A stretch of DNA of 64,000 nucleotides, taken from the NCBI GenBank assembly GCA_002269645.1, contig NIVC01000173.1, positions 62,001 to 126,000 on the forward strand. The letters run 5' to 3'. Position 1 is the first letter of the stretch; every line of letters begins with the position of its first letter. The position numbers were made by a program, and so were the translations under genes. Below, one piece after another: positions 1 through 13,700 of this stretch. Source of the DNA: Macrostomum lignano (lineage: Eukaryota). The notes beneath the pieces are model-generated. The model was not told the DNA's origin, searched no databases, and was given only the letters and a program-made list of their open reading frames with translations.

Positions 1-1190
1 CATCTTTAAATCTCACCCTGCATCTCTCATTTCCCATCTTTAAATCTCACCCTGTATCTCCCATTCTCATCTTCAAATCTCACCCTGCATCTCATTTCCT
101 GTCTGCAAATCTCACCCTGTAGCTCCCATTCCCATCTGCAAATCTCACCCTGCATCTCCCCTTTCTCAACTTCAAATCTCCCCCCGCATCTCCCTTTTCT
201 TATCTTCAAATCTCACCCTGCATCTCTCATTTCCCATCTGCAATATCTCCCTGTAAATCCATTTTTATCATCAAACCGTGCAGTGCAAATTCCATGCCAT
301 TATTAATCTGCAAATTTAACTTCGCAATGTTTGGGAACAATTCATACTTTTTTAGGAAAAGTGTTTATGCCGCCTACAGAATCAACTTGCGGAAAAATTG
401 GAAACCCAAGTTCCGATAAAAAAGAAACTCTTGAAGATTTTGTCGCGGCGTCATCCTTTGATGAAGCTGTCCAGACCCTTTTTTAATATTGCACGGGATC
501 AAATGATTTGATTTTTTATTAGGCTTTGTTCTGAAATTGTTTTGGACTCTGAAGCAGCTGTTTACATCTCACCATAGCAACCTCAGAAATCTCACCCTCT
601 CTGTACGGTGTCACCTTCATCTCTCATCACCTTTCATCTCTATATCCCGATCAGAAATTTCCTTTTACATCTATATCTCACCCAAATCTCGCCCTAAATC
701 TTAGCCATATCTCACCTCAATCACAACCTAGATCTCATCATCTCACCTCAATCTCAACTTAGATCTCATCATCTCACCCCAATCTCAACCTAGATTTCAC
801 CATCTCACTTTAATCTCAATCTAGATCTCACCATCTCACCCCAATCTCACCCTTAATCTTAACCATATCTCGCTCCAATCTCACCCTAAATCTTAAGCAT
901 ATCTCACCCCAATCTCAACCTAGATCTCATCATTTCAACCCAATCTCAACCTAAATCTCATCATTTCACCCCAATCTCAACCTAGATCTTAACCATATCT
1001 CACCCCAATCTCAACCTAGATCTCACCATCTCACCCCAATCTCAATCCATCTCTCACCATCTCAACCCAGATCTCACCATCTCACCCCAATCTCAACCTA
1101 GATCTCACCATCTCAACCCAGATCTCACCATCTCACCCCAATCTCAACCTACATCCCACCCTAAGTCTCAACCCGATCTCACCCTACATT
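1..1190. repeat. Degenerate ATCTCACC-core tandem repeats (about 1-250 and 600-1190), probably intronic
   Basis: Recurrent ATCTCACCC / AATCTCAACCTAG motifs; about 34-bp period at the window start. Confidence 0.8.
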
Positions 1191-1215
1191 TGCATCTCCA
1201 CCACGCCGCCTTCAG

Positions 1216-1504
1216 CCACCCGCTAGCAGCTGCAGCGAAGCCTCCTGGCAAGTCGGCAGCGGTTTCGCCTACGAAGCTGCATCATCAGCAGCGGCAACAA
1301 CGGCAGCTCCTGCCGTCTCCACCACTGGCCACAGTCAGCGGCCGACTCGCCGTCGGTGCCGTCAACGGCGACGTCTCCGATCGGCAGATGCTGCTCCGGT
1401 CGACGTCTCTGCCAACGCCGCCGCCGCGTCAGCAGCATCGAGCGCTGCATTACCAGGAGAGCTGCCCGTTCGACACTGTGCACGTGGCCTTCACCGAGGT
1501 CTGA
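1216..1504 (+). CDS. Probable terminal exon of an unidentified gene whose 5' part lies outside the window; ends in a class I PDZ-binding motif (-TEV*)
   Basis: GC-rich open frame directly after a repeat-filled, intron-like region. Candidate acceptor TTCAG ends at 1215 (alternative CAG acceptors follow). Translation ends ...HYQESCPFDTVHVAFTEV-stop (TGA 1502-1504). Confidence 0.55.
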
Positions 1505-1739
1505 GCTAGAGTCTGGCGCCTGTTCTGCACCACTGTTCCATTCATTCACTCAGCCGGGCACTTGCAAAACAATTCCACATTAATTTGCAATCGCGTGCGT
1601 AACTCGCGTTGAATTGTCCCAACAGTTGATTTACTGAATCACACTATGATATGTTGTTATCCCATTGGGATCCCAGTTTCATTGCTTTATGATTCCACAC
1701 TCCTACAATTACTCCTACAATCGCAATTCCCATACTCTT

Positions 1740-2395
1740 GGGATCCCACACACACACTCAACCCTAGAATCCCATACTCTTGAGATCGCACACACACTCA
1801 ACCCTAGAATCCCATACTCTTGAGATCCCACACACACACTCAACCCTAGAATCCCATACTCTTGAGATCCCACACACACACTCAACCCTAGAATCCCATA
1901 CTCTTGAGATCCCACACACACACTCAACCCTAGAATCCCATACTCTTGAGATCCCACACACACACTCAACCCTAGAATCCCATACTCTTGAGATCCCACA
2001 CACACTCAACCCTAGAATCCCATACTCTTGAGATCCCACACACACACTCAACCCTAGAATCCCATACTCTTGAGATCCCACACACACTCAACCCTAGAAT
2101 CCCATACTCTTGAGATCCCACACACACTCAACCCTAGAATCCCATGCTCTTGAGATCCCACACACACACTCAACCCTAGAATCCCATACTCTTGAGATCC
2201 CACACACACTCAACCCTAGAATCCCATGCTCTTGAGATCCCACACACACACTCAACCCTAGAATCCCATACTCTTGAGATCCCACACACACTCAACCCTA
2301 GAATCCCATGCTCTTGAGATCCCATACTCTTAAGACCCCACATACAGCCCCAGAATCCCATACTCGATCTTGAGATTCCCACACCCACACAGCCC
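1740..2395. repeat. 40/42-bp minisatellite (TCCCACACACACACTCAACCCTAGAATCCCATACTCTTGAGA, variable CA run)
   Basis: Directly visible tandem units; ACCCTAGAAT recurs at 1761, 1801, 1843. Confidence 0.95.
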
Positions 2396-3509
2396 TAGAA
2401 TCCTCTAAAATATCTAGAATGTGTCATCAGGGGATTAGAGAAGAGGATTAAAGAAAAGTTGTCGCATTTTTCTGATTTCAACCCGTCTCGTCTCTCTCAT
2501 GTCTCGCGCTCATCACACTGTCGTTTTTGCAACACCCAAAAAAGCCCACTTCTCTTGTTTAGAAAAAGCACAATTTTTTAACTCTCAAATTCACGCGTTA
2601 ATCCATTTTTCCTGTACGGAGGGAGACCGTTGTAAAATTAATGGGCCATCCAGCTGGGCGCACCCAGATAACATTTAAAGTTATAGTTATTTAATAATTT
2701 ACTTTTTTAATTTTCATGTACGCAACAAAAGTACATGCTGAACTATTTCGCGATTGTCGACATTTTCTCTACTATACTACTATTGGTATTTTCATATATT
2801 AACCTGCCGTTTGTGTTTACGCGATTTGGCATTTATAAAATTTGTGTGTTTATGCGTCAGTTTCTGTTGCTATCGAACCCATGTTTCATTTCTATCGGTC
2901 TTGTTCATCGTAAAAAAACTGATGAAGTCTGTCTGCTGCAGCTTGTCTTATCCAATAATTGCGTCAAATCCCCAACTCTTATTAGCTATGCCGTCAACTG
3001 TCGCGAATTAACCTATTTTTTTTATTTTCATTCGTTTTCGATTTTGTCTGTTTCTTTGTTTTTGTTTGTTTGTTTGTTTGTTTACTTTTTTGTTTGTCAA
3101 AACTGTCTCTGTTGCGCTGTTTGAGTTTCATATACAATTAGCTTAGGTTTGGCCTGTACTTTATAAACAGAAAAGTACAATTAGGTCTATGATATTGATA
3201 CTCATAAGCTATGTGAGTAGGGTGAGGCTGTGCGCTTCCCCATCAATACACGAGCGTAGTTTTGTCCATTCAGTTTTATAGTCAACTGCAGGTAAAGTGA
3301 AAAATTGCAAAGCAAATATAGTCTTAGCCATCATTTCCTGTCGCTCAGTTTTTAATTATAAAATATATAAATGCATACAAAATACATTGTACATGTTTAT
3401 GCACAAATAAACTCGCATCGGCTCTGAACGGACGTTCGGCTCGTCGCTTTTTTTTACTACAAACCTAACTGTGTTAGCGCCTTACTGGCTTTTCATTTAC
3501 CAGCCTCCC

Positions 3510-4095
3510 AGTTTGCTGGGCCAGCCTCCCAGATCCTCAGTTGGTAGGGCAGTCAGCCTCTCAGATCCTCAGTTGGTAGGGCAGTCAGCCTCCCAGATCC
3601 TCAGTTGGTAGGGCAGTCAGCCTCCCAGATCCTTAGTTGGTAGGGCAGTCAGCCTCTCAGATCCTCACTTGGTAGGGCAGTCAGCCTCTCAGATCCTCAC
3701 TTGGTAGGGCAGTCAGCCTCCCAGATCCTTAGTTGGTAGGGCAGTCAGCCTCCCAGATCCTCAGTTGGTAGGGCAGTCAGCCTCCCAAATTGCTCAGTTG
3801 GTAGGGCAGTCAGCCTCCCACATTGCTCAGTTGGTAGGGCAGTCAGCCTCCCAGATCCTCAGTTGCTAGGGCAGTCAGCCTCCCAGATCCTCAGTTGGTA
3901 GGGCAGTCAGCCTCCCAAATTGCTCAGTTGGTAGGGCAGTCAGCCTCCCACATTGCTCAGTTGGTAGGGCAGTCAGCCTCCCAGATCCTCAGTTGGTAGG
4001 GCAGTCAGCCTCCCACATTGCTCAGTTGGTAGGGCAGTCAGCCTCCCACATTGCTCAGTTGGTAGGGCAGTCAGCCTCCCAGATCCTCAGTTGGT
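3510..4095. repeat. 32-bp minisatellite (GGGCAGTCAGCCTCCCAGATCCTCAGTTGGTA)
   Basis: Tandem units visible; shares a 22-bp core with the PAPSS intron 4 array in inverted orientation. Confidence 0.95.
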
Positions 4096-4769
4096 TGGAC
4101 TGCATTTGTTTTCATTTGGATTAAGCAGTTTAAGGCCAGAAAATATTCCTATTCTTAATAAGCTCTCGTATTCATGTGTAGCACTACATTACACGCAGCT
4201 CAGTGACGTCACGTACATGTACCCCAGCACATTCGTGCGCTGTTTTATCTGCCACTGTATAAATACAGTTCATTTTGACTGTGTCGGTCCAGGCCAGGGG
4301 TTCCCACGTGCAGCCCCTGTGTGCATGTTGGGCGGGGAGGGGGGATTTCGCGCTGCACTTCTTCCGTCGAGTACTCGAGTCCCCGACACCTGTTTAGATC
4401 CCATTTAGTTGGAGCCTGCCCACCGCGTGTGTCATTGCATTCGCTGCTGCAGGGCCGGTTATATTCCTGCCATTCAGTAGTTTCAGCAAGCATATAACTC
4501 AATAAAATACTGCAATGGCTGCTATTGCACATATGCTAATATAAGAACAAAGCGATGAGACATACATGTAACACGGTTAACAGTGTAAGAAAATCCAACT
4601 GACTCATATAATGCATGCCCAGATCACAACTGATACTGCCATAGTTTATCATTTCCACCAAATACTACTTACCGTAATAGTAAGAAAAGCAAAAGTATGC
4701 TAATTACATGCATATTGTGGCACATTTCTCACATTAAATCGTTGATAGGCAAAATCTTTTATAGACTCG

Positions 4770-4915
4770 AAACTGAACATGATCGAAACTTCTCGTGATC
4801 GAATTGACTTCACATGATCGAGTTATTAACTTCACATGATCGGATTAACTTCACATGATCGAGTTAACTTCACATGATCGGATTAACTTCTCACATGATC
4901 TAATTAACTTCACAT
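4770..4915. repeat. Short ~20-bp tandem repeat (TTAACTTCACATGATCG core)
   Basis: Several imperfect tandem copies. Confidence 0.8.
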
Positions 4916-5754
4916 TATCGGAATTCTTGAGCTCCAAAATTTACAAACACCTCGAAACTTCTCAAGCTCGAAAACTCTGGCTAAGCACTTCTGTTCACTT
5001 CTCCTAAATGTGGAAATGAAATTGGCTGCGAAATAGCTGTTTACTTTGTGTACTTTAATTGAGGAAGCCGCGCACATGTCACGTATATTTATCATTCAAT
5101 ATAGGTAATTGGTTTAAATGAAAAAAGTGAGGACAGCGTACTACTGATTCTAACTGTTAGTAGTTTGTAAAGCAAAAATAATTAAATTTAATGCGGAATA
5201 CGTTTATTACAAAATAACTATCTGCAATAACAATAAATGTTATGAGAATTCAAATAAAATTAAATTATTCTTAATTTTTTTGAAATCGCCAAATGATGCA
5301 GAATCAGGAATTCTTATGAAGAGAAGAGAGCAGTTCACAATGCTTACAATTGACTATAAAAATTACTGTACGAGTAGCCTAAGCAGATACTACTGGTAAT
5401 CGCTAGTAAAGAATAGACACAACGATCGTGTTTTTAATGGCCTATCCGCCAATCAAAGATACACTGACTACTATCAGTACATTTCAGAGCGAGTGTACAC
5501 CTCTGAGACGGCTGCAGCAAACTCGAAGCAAAAGCGCCAAAATAACAGGGTTAGTTGGATCTTAGTCTTCTTCTTCTAGAAGTGTGCGTAACGGAGATTC
5601 TAAAAGCGATAAAGCACTAGAGAAAATTAAAAATTAGTAAATTCAACAGAAGTACAAACTTTTAACCTAAAATTACGTCCAGATTTCAGAACTACAAAAT
5701 CCTAGAAACTCAGAAATATTCATGGCCTCAATAATCCCAATTTGCTTATCCTCA

Positions 5755-8700
5755 TTCATAGCCATGCTGATCCCACATAAGCTAATCCCCATTCATAGCC
5801 ATGCTGATCCCACACAAGCTAATCCCCATTCATAGCCATGCTGATCCCACACAAGCTAATCCCCATTCATAGCCATGCTGATCCCACAAGTTAATCCCCA
5901 TTCATAGCCATGCTGATCCCACAAGTTAATCCCCATTCATAGCCATGCTGATCCCACATAAGCTAATCCCCATTCATAGCCATGCTGATCCCACACAAGC
6001 TAATCCCCATTCATAGCCATGCTGATCCCACAAGTTAATCCCCATTCATAGCCATGCTGATCCCACAAGTTAATCCCCATTCATAGCCATGCTGATCCCA
6101 CACAAGCTAATCCCCATTCATAGCCATGCTGATCCCACACAACCTAATCCCCACTCATAGCCATGCTGATCCCACATAAGCTAATCCCCATTCATAGCCA
6201 TGCTGATCCCACACAACCTAATCCCCACTCATAGCCATGCTGATCCCACATAAGCTAATCCCATTCATAGCCATGCTGATCCCACAAGTTAATCCCCATT
6301 CATAGCCATGCTGATCCCACACAAGCTAATCCCCACTCATAGCCATGCTGATCCCACATAAGCTAATCCCCATTCATAGCCATGCTGATCCCACATAAGC
6401 TAATCCCATTCATAGCCATGCTGATCCCACACAAGCTAATCCCATTCATAGCCATGCTGATCCCACAAGTTAATCCCCATTCATAGCCATGCTGATCCCA
6501 CACAAGCTAATCCCCACTCATAGCCATGCTGATCCCACATAAGCTAATCCCCATTCATAGCCATGCTGATCCCACATAAGCTAATCCCATTCATAGCCAT
6601 GCTGATCCCACACAAGCTAATCCCATTCATAGCCATGCTGATCCCACACAAGCTAATCCCCACTCATAGCCATGCTGATCCCACATAAGCTAATCCCCAT
6701 TCATAGCCATGCTGATCCCACATAAGCTAATCCCATTCATAGCCATGCTGATCCCACACAAGCTAATCCCATTCATAGCCATGCTGATCCCACAAGTTAA
6801 TCCCCATTCATAGCCATGCTGATCCCACACAAGCTAATCCCCACTCATAGCCATGCTGATCCCACATAAGCTAATCCCCATTCATAGCCATGCTGATCCC
6901 ACATAAGCTAATCCCATTCATAGCCATGCTGATCCCACACAAGCTAATCCCATTCATAGCCATGCTGATCCCACACAAGCTAATCCCCACTCATAGCCAT
7001 GCTGATCCCACACAAGCTAATCCCCACTCATAGCCATGCTGATCCCACATAAGCTAATCCCATTCATAGCCATGCTGATCCCACACAAGCTAATCCCATT
7101 CATACCAGGTAGCCATGCTGATCCCACACAAGCTAATCCCCACTCATAGCCATGCTGATCCCACACAAGCTAATCCCCACTCATAGCCATGCTGATCCCA
7201 CATAAGCTAATCCCCATTCATAGCCATGCTGATCCCACACAACCTAATCCCCATTCATAGCCATGCTGATCCCACATAAGCTAATCCCCATTCATAGCCA
7301 TGCTGATCCCACACAACCTAATCCCCATTCATAGCCATGCTGATCCCACACAACCTAATCCCCATTCATAGTCATGCTGATCCCACATAAGCTAATCCCC
7401 ACTCATAGCCATGCTGATCCCACATAAGCTAATCCCCATTCATAGCCATGCTGATCCCACACAAGCTAATCCCCACTCATAGCCATGCTGATCCCACATA
7501 AGCTAATCCCCATTCATAGCCATGCTGATCCCACACAACCTAATCCCCATTCATAGCCATGCTGATCACACATAAGCTAATCCCCATTCATAGCCATGCT
7601 GATCCCACACAACCTAATCCCCATTCATAGCCATGCTGATCCCACACAACCTAATCCCCATTCATAGTCATGCTGATCCCACATAAGCTAATCCCCACTC
7701 ATAGCCATGCTGATCCCACATAAGCTAATCCCCATTCATAGCCATGCTGATCCCACACAAGCTAATCCCCACTCATAGCCATGCTGATCCCACATAAGCT
7801 AATCCCATTCATAGCCATGCTGATCCCACATAAGCTAATCCCATTCATAGCCATGCTGATCCCACACAAGCTAATCCCATTCATAGCCATGCTGATCCCA
7901 CACAAGCTAATCCCCACTCATAGCCATGCTGATCCCACACAAGCTAATCCCCACTCATAGCCATGCTGATCCCACATAAGCTAATCCCATTCATAGCCAT
8001 GCTGATCCCACACAAGCTAATCCCATTCATACCAGGTAGCCATGCTGATCCCACACAAGCTAATCCCCACTCATAGCCATGCTGATCCCACACAAGCTAA
8101 TCCCCACTCATAGCCATGCTGATCCCACACAACCTAATCCCCATTCATAGCCATGCTGATCCCACACAACCTATTCCCCATTCATAGCCATGCTGATCCC
8201 ACATAAGCTAATCCCCATTCATAGCCATGCTGATCCCACACAACCTAATCCCCATTCATAGCCATGCTGATCCCACACAACCTAATCCCCATTCATAGTC
8301 ATGCTGATCCCACATAAGCTAATCCCCACTCATAGCCATGCTGATCCCACATAAGCTAATCCCCATTCATAGCCATGCTGATCCCACACAAGCTAATCCC
8401 CACTCATAGCCATGCTGATCCCACATAAGCTAATCCCCATTCATAGCCATGCTGATCCCACACAACCTAATCCCCATTCATAGCCATGCTGATCACACAT
8501 AAGCTAATCCCCATTCATAGCCATGCTGATCCCACACAACCTAATCCCCATTCATAGCCATGCTGATCCCACACAACCTAATCCCCATTCATAGTCATGC
8601 TGATCCCACATAAGCTAATCCCCACTCATAGCCATGCTGATCCCACATAAGCTAATCCCCATTCATAGCCATGCTGATCCCACACAAGCTAATCCCCACT

Positions 8701-8845
8701 CATAGCCATGCTGATCCCACATAAGCTAATCCCATTCATAGCCATGCTGATCCCACATAAGCTAATCCCATTCATAGCCATGCTGATCCCACATAAGCTA
8801 ATCCCATTCATAGCCATGCTGATCCCACATAAGCTAATCCCCACA
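5755..8845. repeat. ~3.1-kb minisatellite, 36-38-bp unit (ATAGCCATGCTGATCCCACATAAGCTAATCCCCATTC), with higher-order duplication
   Basis: Tandem units visible; rare variant units recur 927 bp apart (7101/8028 and 7564/8491). Confidence 0.97.
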
Positions 8846-9554
8846 GACAGTAAAGCAATTGCTACATGAAGACACAGAAGATAAAGGTGGACAAATTATT
8901 GGGCAAACTAAACAGAGATAATCTCTCGAGTGCGCCTATAGAATGGTGGATTAAAGAAAGACGGATATCATATTGATCTAGTAGCAAAAGAAGAGATTAA
9001 ACAAACTAAACGTACTTTTATTGCTAGTTTTATTGATATATATATATATATATATCAATTTGAAATTGGAATTAATGTTGCTGATACTACTTACTACTTA
9101 GTAATAAGTAGTTTAGAAGTAACGTTTCTGATATTTTGCTACGAAAAATTTGTCGCAATATGCTACCATTACTACTGTTCAAGTAACTGCGGTTAGGTGA
9201 TGTATTTGGATAGGGAAACATTGAGACGGCAAGTGAGTCTGTAGGATTCATAAAATAGTTAATAATATTAATACTAATAATACGATCCAATATTATATTC
9301 AAATAACACACGCCTTTTATAGGCATTTCTTTATCAAGCCATCCTTGGTTAATGAAGACTGTGTTTTTAAATAAGTGAAGTATCACAACACTTTAAAAAT
9401 ACACAAATACAATACCTTAACTTATGTATATATAAGTTATATTATATAAGTTATATGTATAGTAAATTATACATATAATTTACTATAATATCTGTCCCAG
9501 TTTGTAATTTTTCAGCAGAAAACGATTTAAAAACAAAATCTTGATTTTTAGTAT

Positions 9555-10590
9555 TCTGAGATGCTAAGGGGAAATTGCTGAGATGCTAAGGGGGTATCTC
9601 TGAGATGCTAAGGGGAATTGCTGAGATGCTAAGGGGGTATCTCTGAGATGCTAAGGGGAATTGCTGAGATGCTAAGGGGGTATCTCTGAGATGCTAAGGG
9701 GGAATTGCTGGGATTCTAAGGTGGAATTGCTGAGATGCTAAGGGGGAATTGCTGAGATGCTAAGGGGGAATTGCTGAGATGCTAAGGGGGAATTGCTGAG
9801 ATGCTAAGGTGGAATTGATGAGATGCTAAGTGGGGAATCTTTGAGATGCTAAGGGGAATCACTGAGATGCTAAGGAGGAATCTCTGAGATGCTAAGGGGG
9901 GATTGCTGAGATGCTAAGGTGGAATTGATGAGATGCTAAGTGGGGAATCTCTGAGATGCTAAGGGGAATCTCTGAGATGCTAAGGGGGAATCTCTGAGAT
10001 GCTAAGTGGGGAATATCTGAGATGCTAAAAAGGAGTCTCTGAGATACAAAGGTGGAATTGCTGAGATGCTAAGTGGGGAATCTCTGAGATACTAAGTGGG
10101 GAATCTCTGAGATGCTAACTAGGGGATCTCTGAGATACAAAGGTGGAATTGCTGAGATGCTAAGGGGGTATCTCTGAGATGCTAAGGGGAATTGCTGAGA
10201 TGCTAAGGGGGTATCTCTGAGATGCTAAGGGGGAATTGCTGGGATTCTAAGGTGGAATTGCTGAGATGCTAAGGGGGAATTGCTGAGATGCTAAGGTGGA
10301 ATTGATGAGATGCTAAGTGGGGAATCTCTGAGATGCTAAGGGGGAATCTCTGAGATGCTAAGTGGGGAATATCTGAGATGCTAACTAGGGGATCTCTGAG
10401 ATACAAAGGGGGAATTGCTGAGATGCTAAGTGGGGAATCTCTGAGATACTAAGTGGGGAATCTCTGAGATGCTAACTAGGGGATCTCTGAGATACAAAGG
10501 GGGAATTGCTGAGATGCTAAGTGGGGAATCTCTGAGATGCTAAGTGGGGAATCTCTGAGATACTAAGGGGGAATTGCTGAGATGCCAAGG
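9555..10590. repeat. 21-23-bp minisatellite (CTGAGATGCTAAGGGGGAATTG)
   Basis: Tandem units visible. Confidence 0.95.
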
Positions 10591-10713
10591 CTCAAGAGGA
10601 AGTTTGCACGCTTGATATCAGGGATAACTAATTTTTTTTTCTGCTGAAAATCTTCTTTTCCAAGCTCTATTAGCCATTTCTAATCGCGAAAAAGTCAACC
10701 CCCCCTACTCTCA

Positions 10714-13700
10714 TCAAGCCTCCTCATCGTCCGAGGCGTCAGCGCTTAACGACGACAGCTTAGGCGTGAAGCTGCCCATGAACGCCTCAACCAAGCGCTT
10801 CCAATCGGCCACTCCGTAGTTCTGCCCCTCAAAGTCGCAGTTCAACGGTTCGCGCGGCAGATTTCTCGGCTTGGCTGTTTCGCTGGCAAACTCGGCGAAT
10901 ATGGGAAGCTGGAGGGCCTCATCGGCTGTGGCTCGACGATCCGGGTCGAACTGAAGCAGGCGGCGCAGCAGCTCGATCATGCCGTCGCTGGCCTCGGGGA
11001 ACAGGTCCTGCATTGGGGAGGGGTGGATTGTCGTTTATAGAAATCCAGTTATGGATCTGATTTTGCAATAAATTCCTATATAAGAATCTGATTCCTATAA
11101 ATCTCAATTCAAGAACCTTATTTCTTAGAAACTCCTTTATGAGAATCCGATTCCTAAAAATCCCATCTGAGAGTCAAGATCACATCCCATCTGAGGATCA
11201 AGCAAGATCCCAACCTACAATCCCATCTGAGAATCAAGATCCCAACCTACACTCCCATCTGAGATTCAAGATCCCAACCTACAATCCCATCTGAGGATCA
11301 AGCAAGATCCCAACCTACAATCCCATCTGAGAATCAAGATCCCAACCTACAATCCCATCTGAGAATCAAGATCCCAACCTACAATCCCATCTGAGATTCA
11401 AGATCCCAACCTACAATCCCATCTGAGAATCAAGATCACATCCCATCTGAGGATCAAGCAAGATCCCAACCTACAATCCCATCTGAGAATCAAGATCCCA
11501 ACCTACAATCCCATCTGAGATTCAAGATCCCAACCTACAATCCCATCTGAGGATCAAGCAAGATCCCAACCTACAATCCCATCTGAGAATCAAGATCCCA
11601 ACCTACAATCCCATCTGAGAATCAAGATCCCAACCTACAATCCCATCTGAGGATCAAGCAAGATCCCAACCTACAATCCCATCTGAGAATCAAGATCCCA
11701 ACCTACAATCCCATCTGAGAATCAAGATCCCAACCTACAATCCCATCTGAGAATCAAGATCCCAACCTACAATCCCATCTGAGAATCAAGATCCCAACCT
11801 ACAATCCCATCTGAGGATCAAGATCCCAACCTACAATCCCATCTGAGAATCAAGATCCCAACCTACAATCCCATCTGAGAATCAAGATCCCAACCTACAA
11901 TCCCATCTGAGGATCAAGATCCCAACCTACAATCCCATCTGAGAATCAAGATCCCAACCTACAATCCCATCTGAGGATCAAGATCCCAACCTACAATCCC
12001 ATCTGAGGATCAAGCAAGATCCCAACCTACAATCCCATCTGAGAATCAAGATCCCAACCTACAATCCCATCTGAGAATCAAGATCCCAACCTACAATCCC
12101 ATCTGAGAATCAAGATCCCAACCTACAATCCCATCTGAGAATCAAGATCCCAACCTACAATCCCATCTGAGAATCAAGATCCCAACCTACAATCCCATCT
12201 GAGGATCAAGATCCCAACCTACAATCCCATCTGAGAATCAAGATCCCAACCTACAATCCCATCTGAGGATCAAGATCCCAACCTACAATCCCATCTGAGG
12301 ATCAAGATCCCAACCTACAATTCCATCTGAGAATCAAGATCCCAACCTACAATCCCATCTGAGAATCAAGATCCCAACCTACAATCCCATCTGAGGATCA
12401 AGATCCCAACCTACAATCCCATCTGAGGATCAAGATCCCAACCTACAATCCCATCTGAGATTCAAGATCCCAACCTACAATCCCATCTGAAGATCAAGCA
12501 AGATCCCAACCTACAATCCCATCTGAGAATCAAGATCCCAACCTACAATCCCATCTGAGGATCAAGATCTCAACCTACAATCCCATCTGAGAATCAAGAT
12601 CCCAACCTACAATCCCATCTGAGAATCAAGATCCCAACCTACAATCCCATCTGAGGATCAAGATCCCAACCTACAATCCCATCTGAGGATCAAGATCCCA
12701 ACCTACAATCCCATCTGAGGATCAAGATCCCAACCTACAATCCCATCTGAAATCAAGATCCCAACCTACAATCCCATCTGAGGATCAAGATCTCAACCTA
12801 CAATCCCATCTGAGGATCAAGATCCCAAGTAATTTAATACCAGAGTATTCTCATAATCACAAGCTGCTTCAAACCTCAAAGGCAGCCACTTCGCCGACTT
12901 CCAAATCTCTGATAAACTGAGCAGCCGATGGGCTCTGGATTTTGGCCATCATCTCCTCGGACGGCTTGCCCAACCGGCGGCACATGAACAGGATTAGGCT
13001 GGGAGCGTCTTCGCCGGGGAACAGCGGCTTGCCGAGCAGCATCTCGCCGATGACGCAGCCAGCGGCCCACATGTCCACTGGAAGGCCGTAGTGCTCCCAG
13101 TTCAACAGCACCTCCGGGCTGCGGTACCACCTGGCGTGAGGATCGGGTTCATGGTTGCGTATGGGAATGCGTTGGGAATATTGAGGTTTTAGTGAGGGGT
13201 GTGGGATCCTGAAGGTTTCAGGGAGGGGAATGGGATCCTGAAGGTTTCAGGGAGGGGAATGGGATCCTGAAGATTTCAGGGAGGGGAATGGGATCCTGAA
13301 GGTTTCAGTGAGAGGTGTGGGATCCTGAAGGTTTCAGGGAGGGTTGTGGGATCCTGAAGGTTTCAGGGAGGGGAATGGGATCCTGAAGGTTTCAGGGAGG
13401 GTTGTGGGATCCTGAAGGTTTCAGGGAGGGGAATGGGATCCTGAAGGTTTCAGGGAGGGTTGTGGGATCCTGAAGGTTTCAGGGAGGGTTGTGGGATCCT
13501 GAAGATTTCAGGGAGGGGTGTGGGATCCTGAAGGTTCAGTGAGGGGTGTGGGATCCTGAAGGTTTCAGGGAGGGTATGGGATCTTGAGGGTTTCATGGAA
13601 GGATGTGGGATCCTGAAAGTTTCATGGAAGGGTGTGGGATCCGGAGGGTTTCATGGAAGGGTGTGGGATCCTAAGGGTTTCACGGAAGGGTGTGGGATCC

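Noticed and set aside
567-581. X-box-like CTCACCATAGCAAC (also a half-site at about 26408)
   Set aside because: Only one good half-site; located in an intron-like or coding context with no nearby start.
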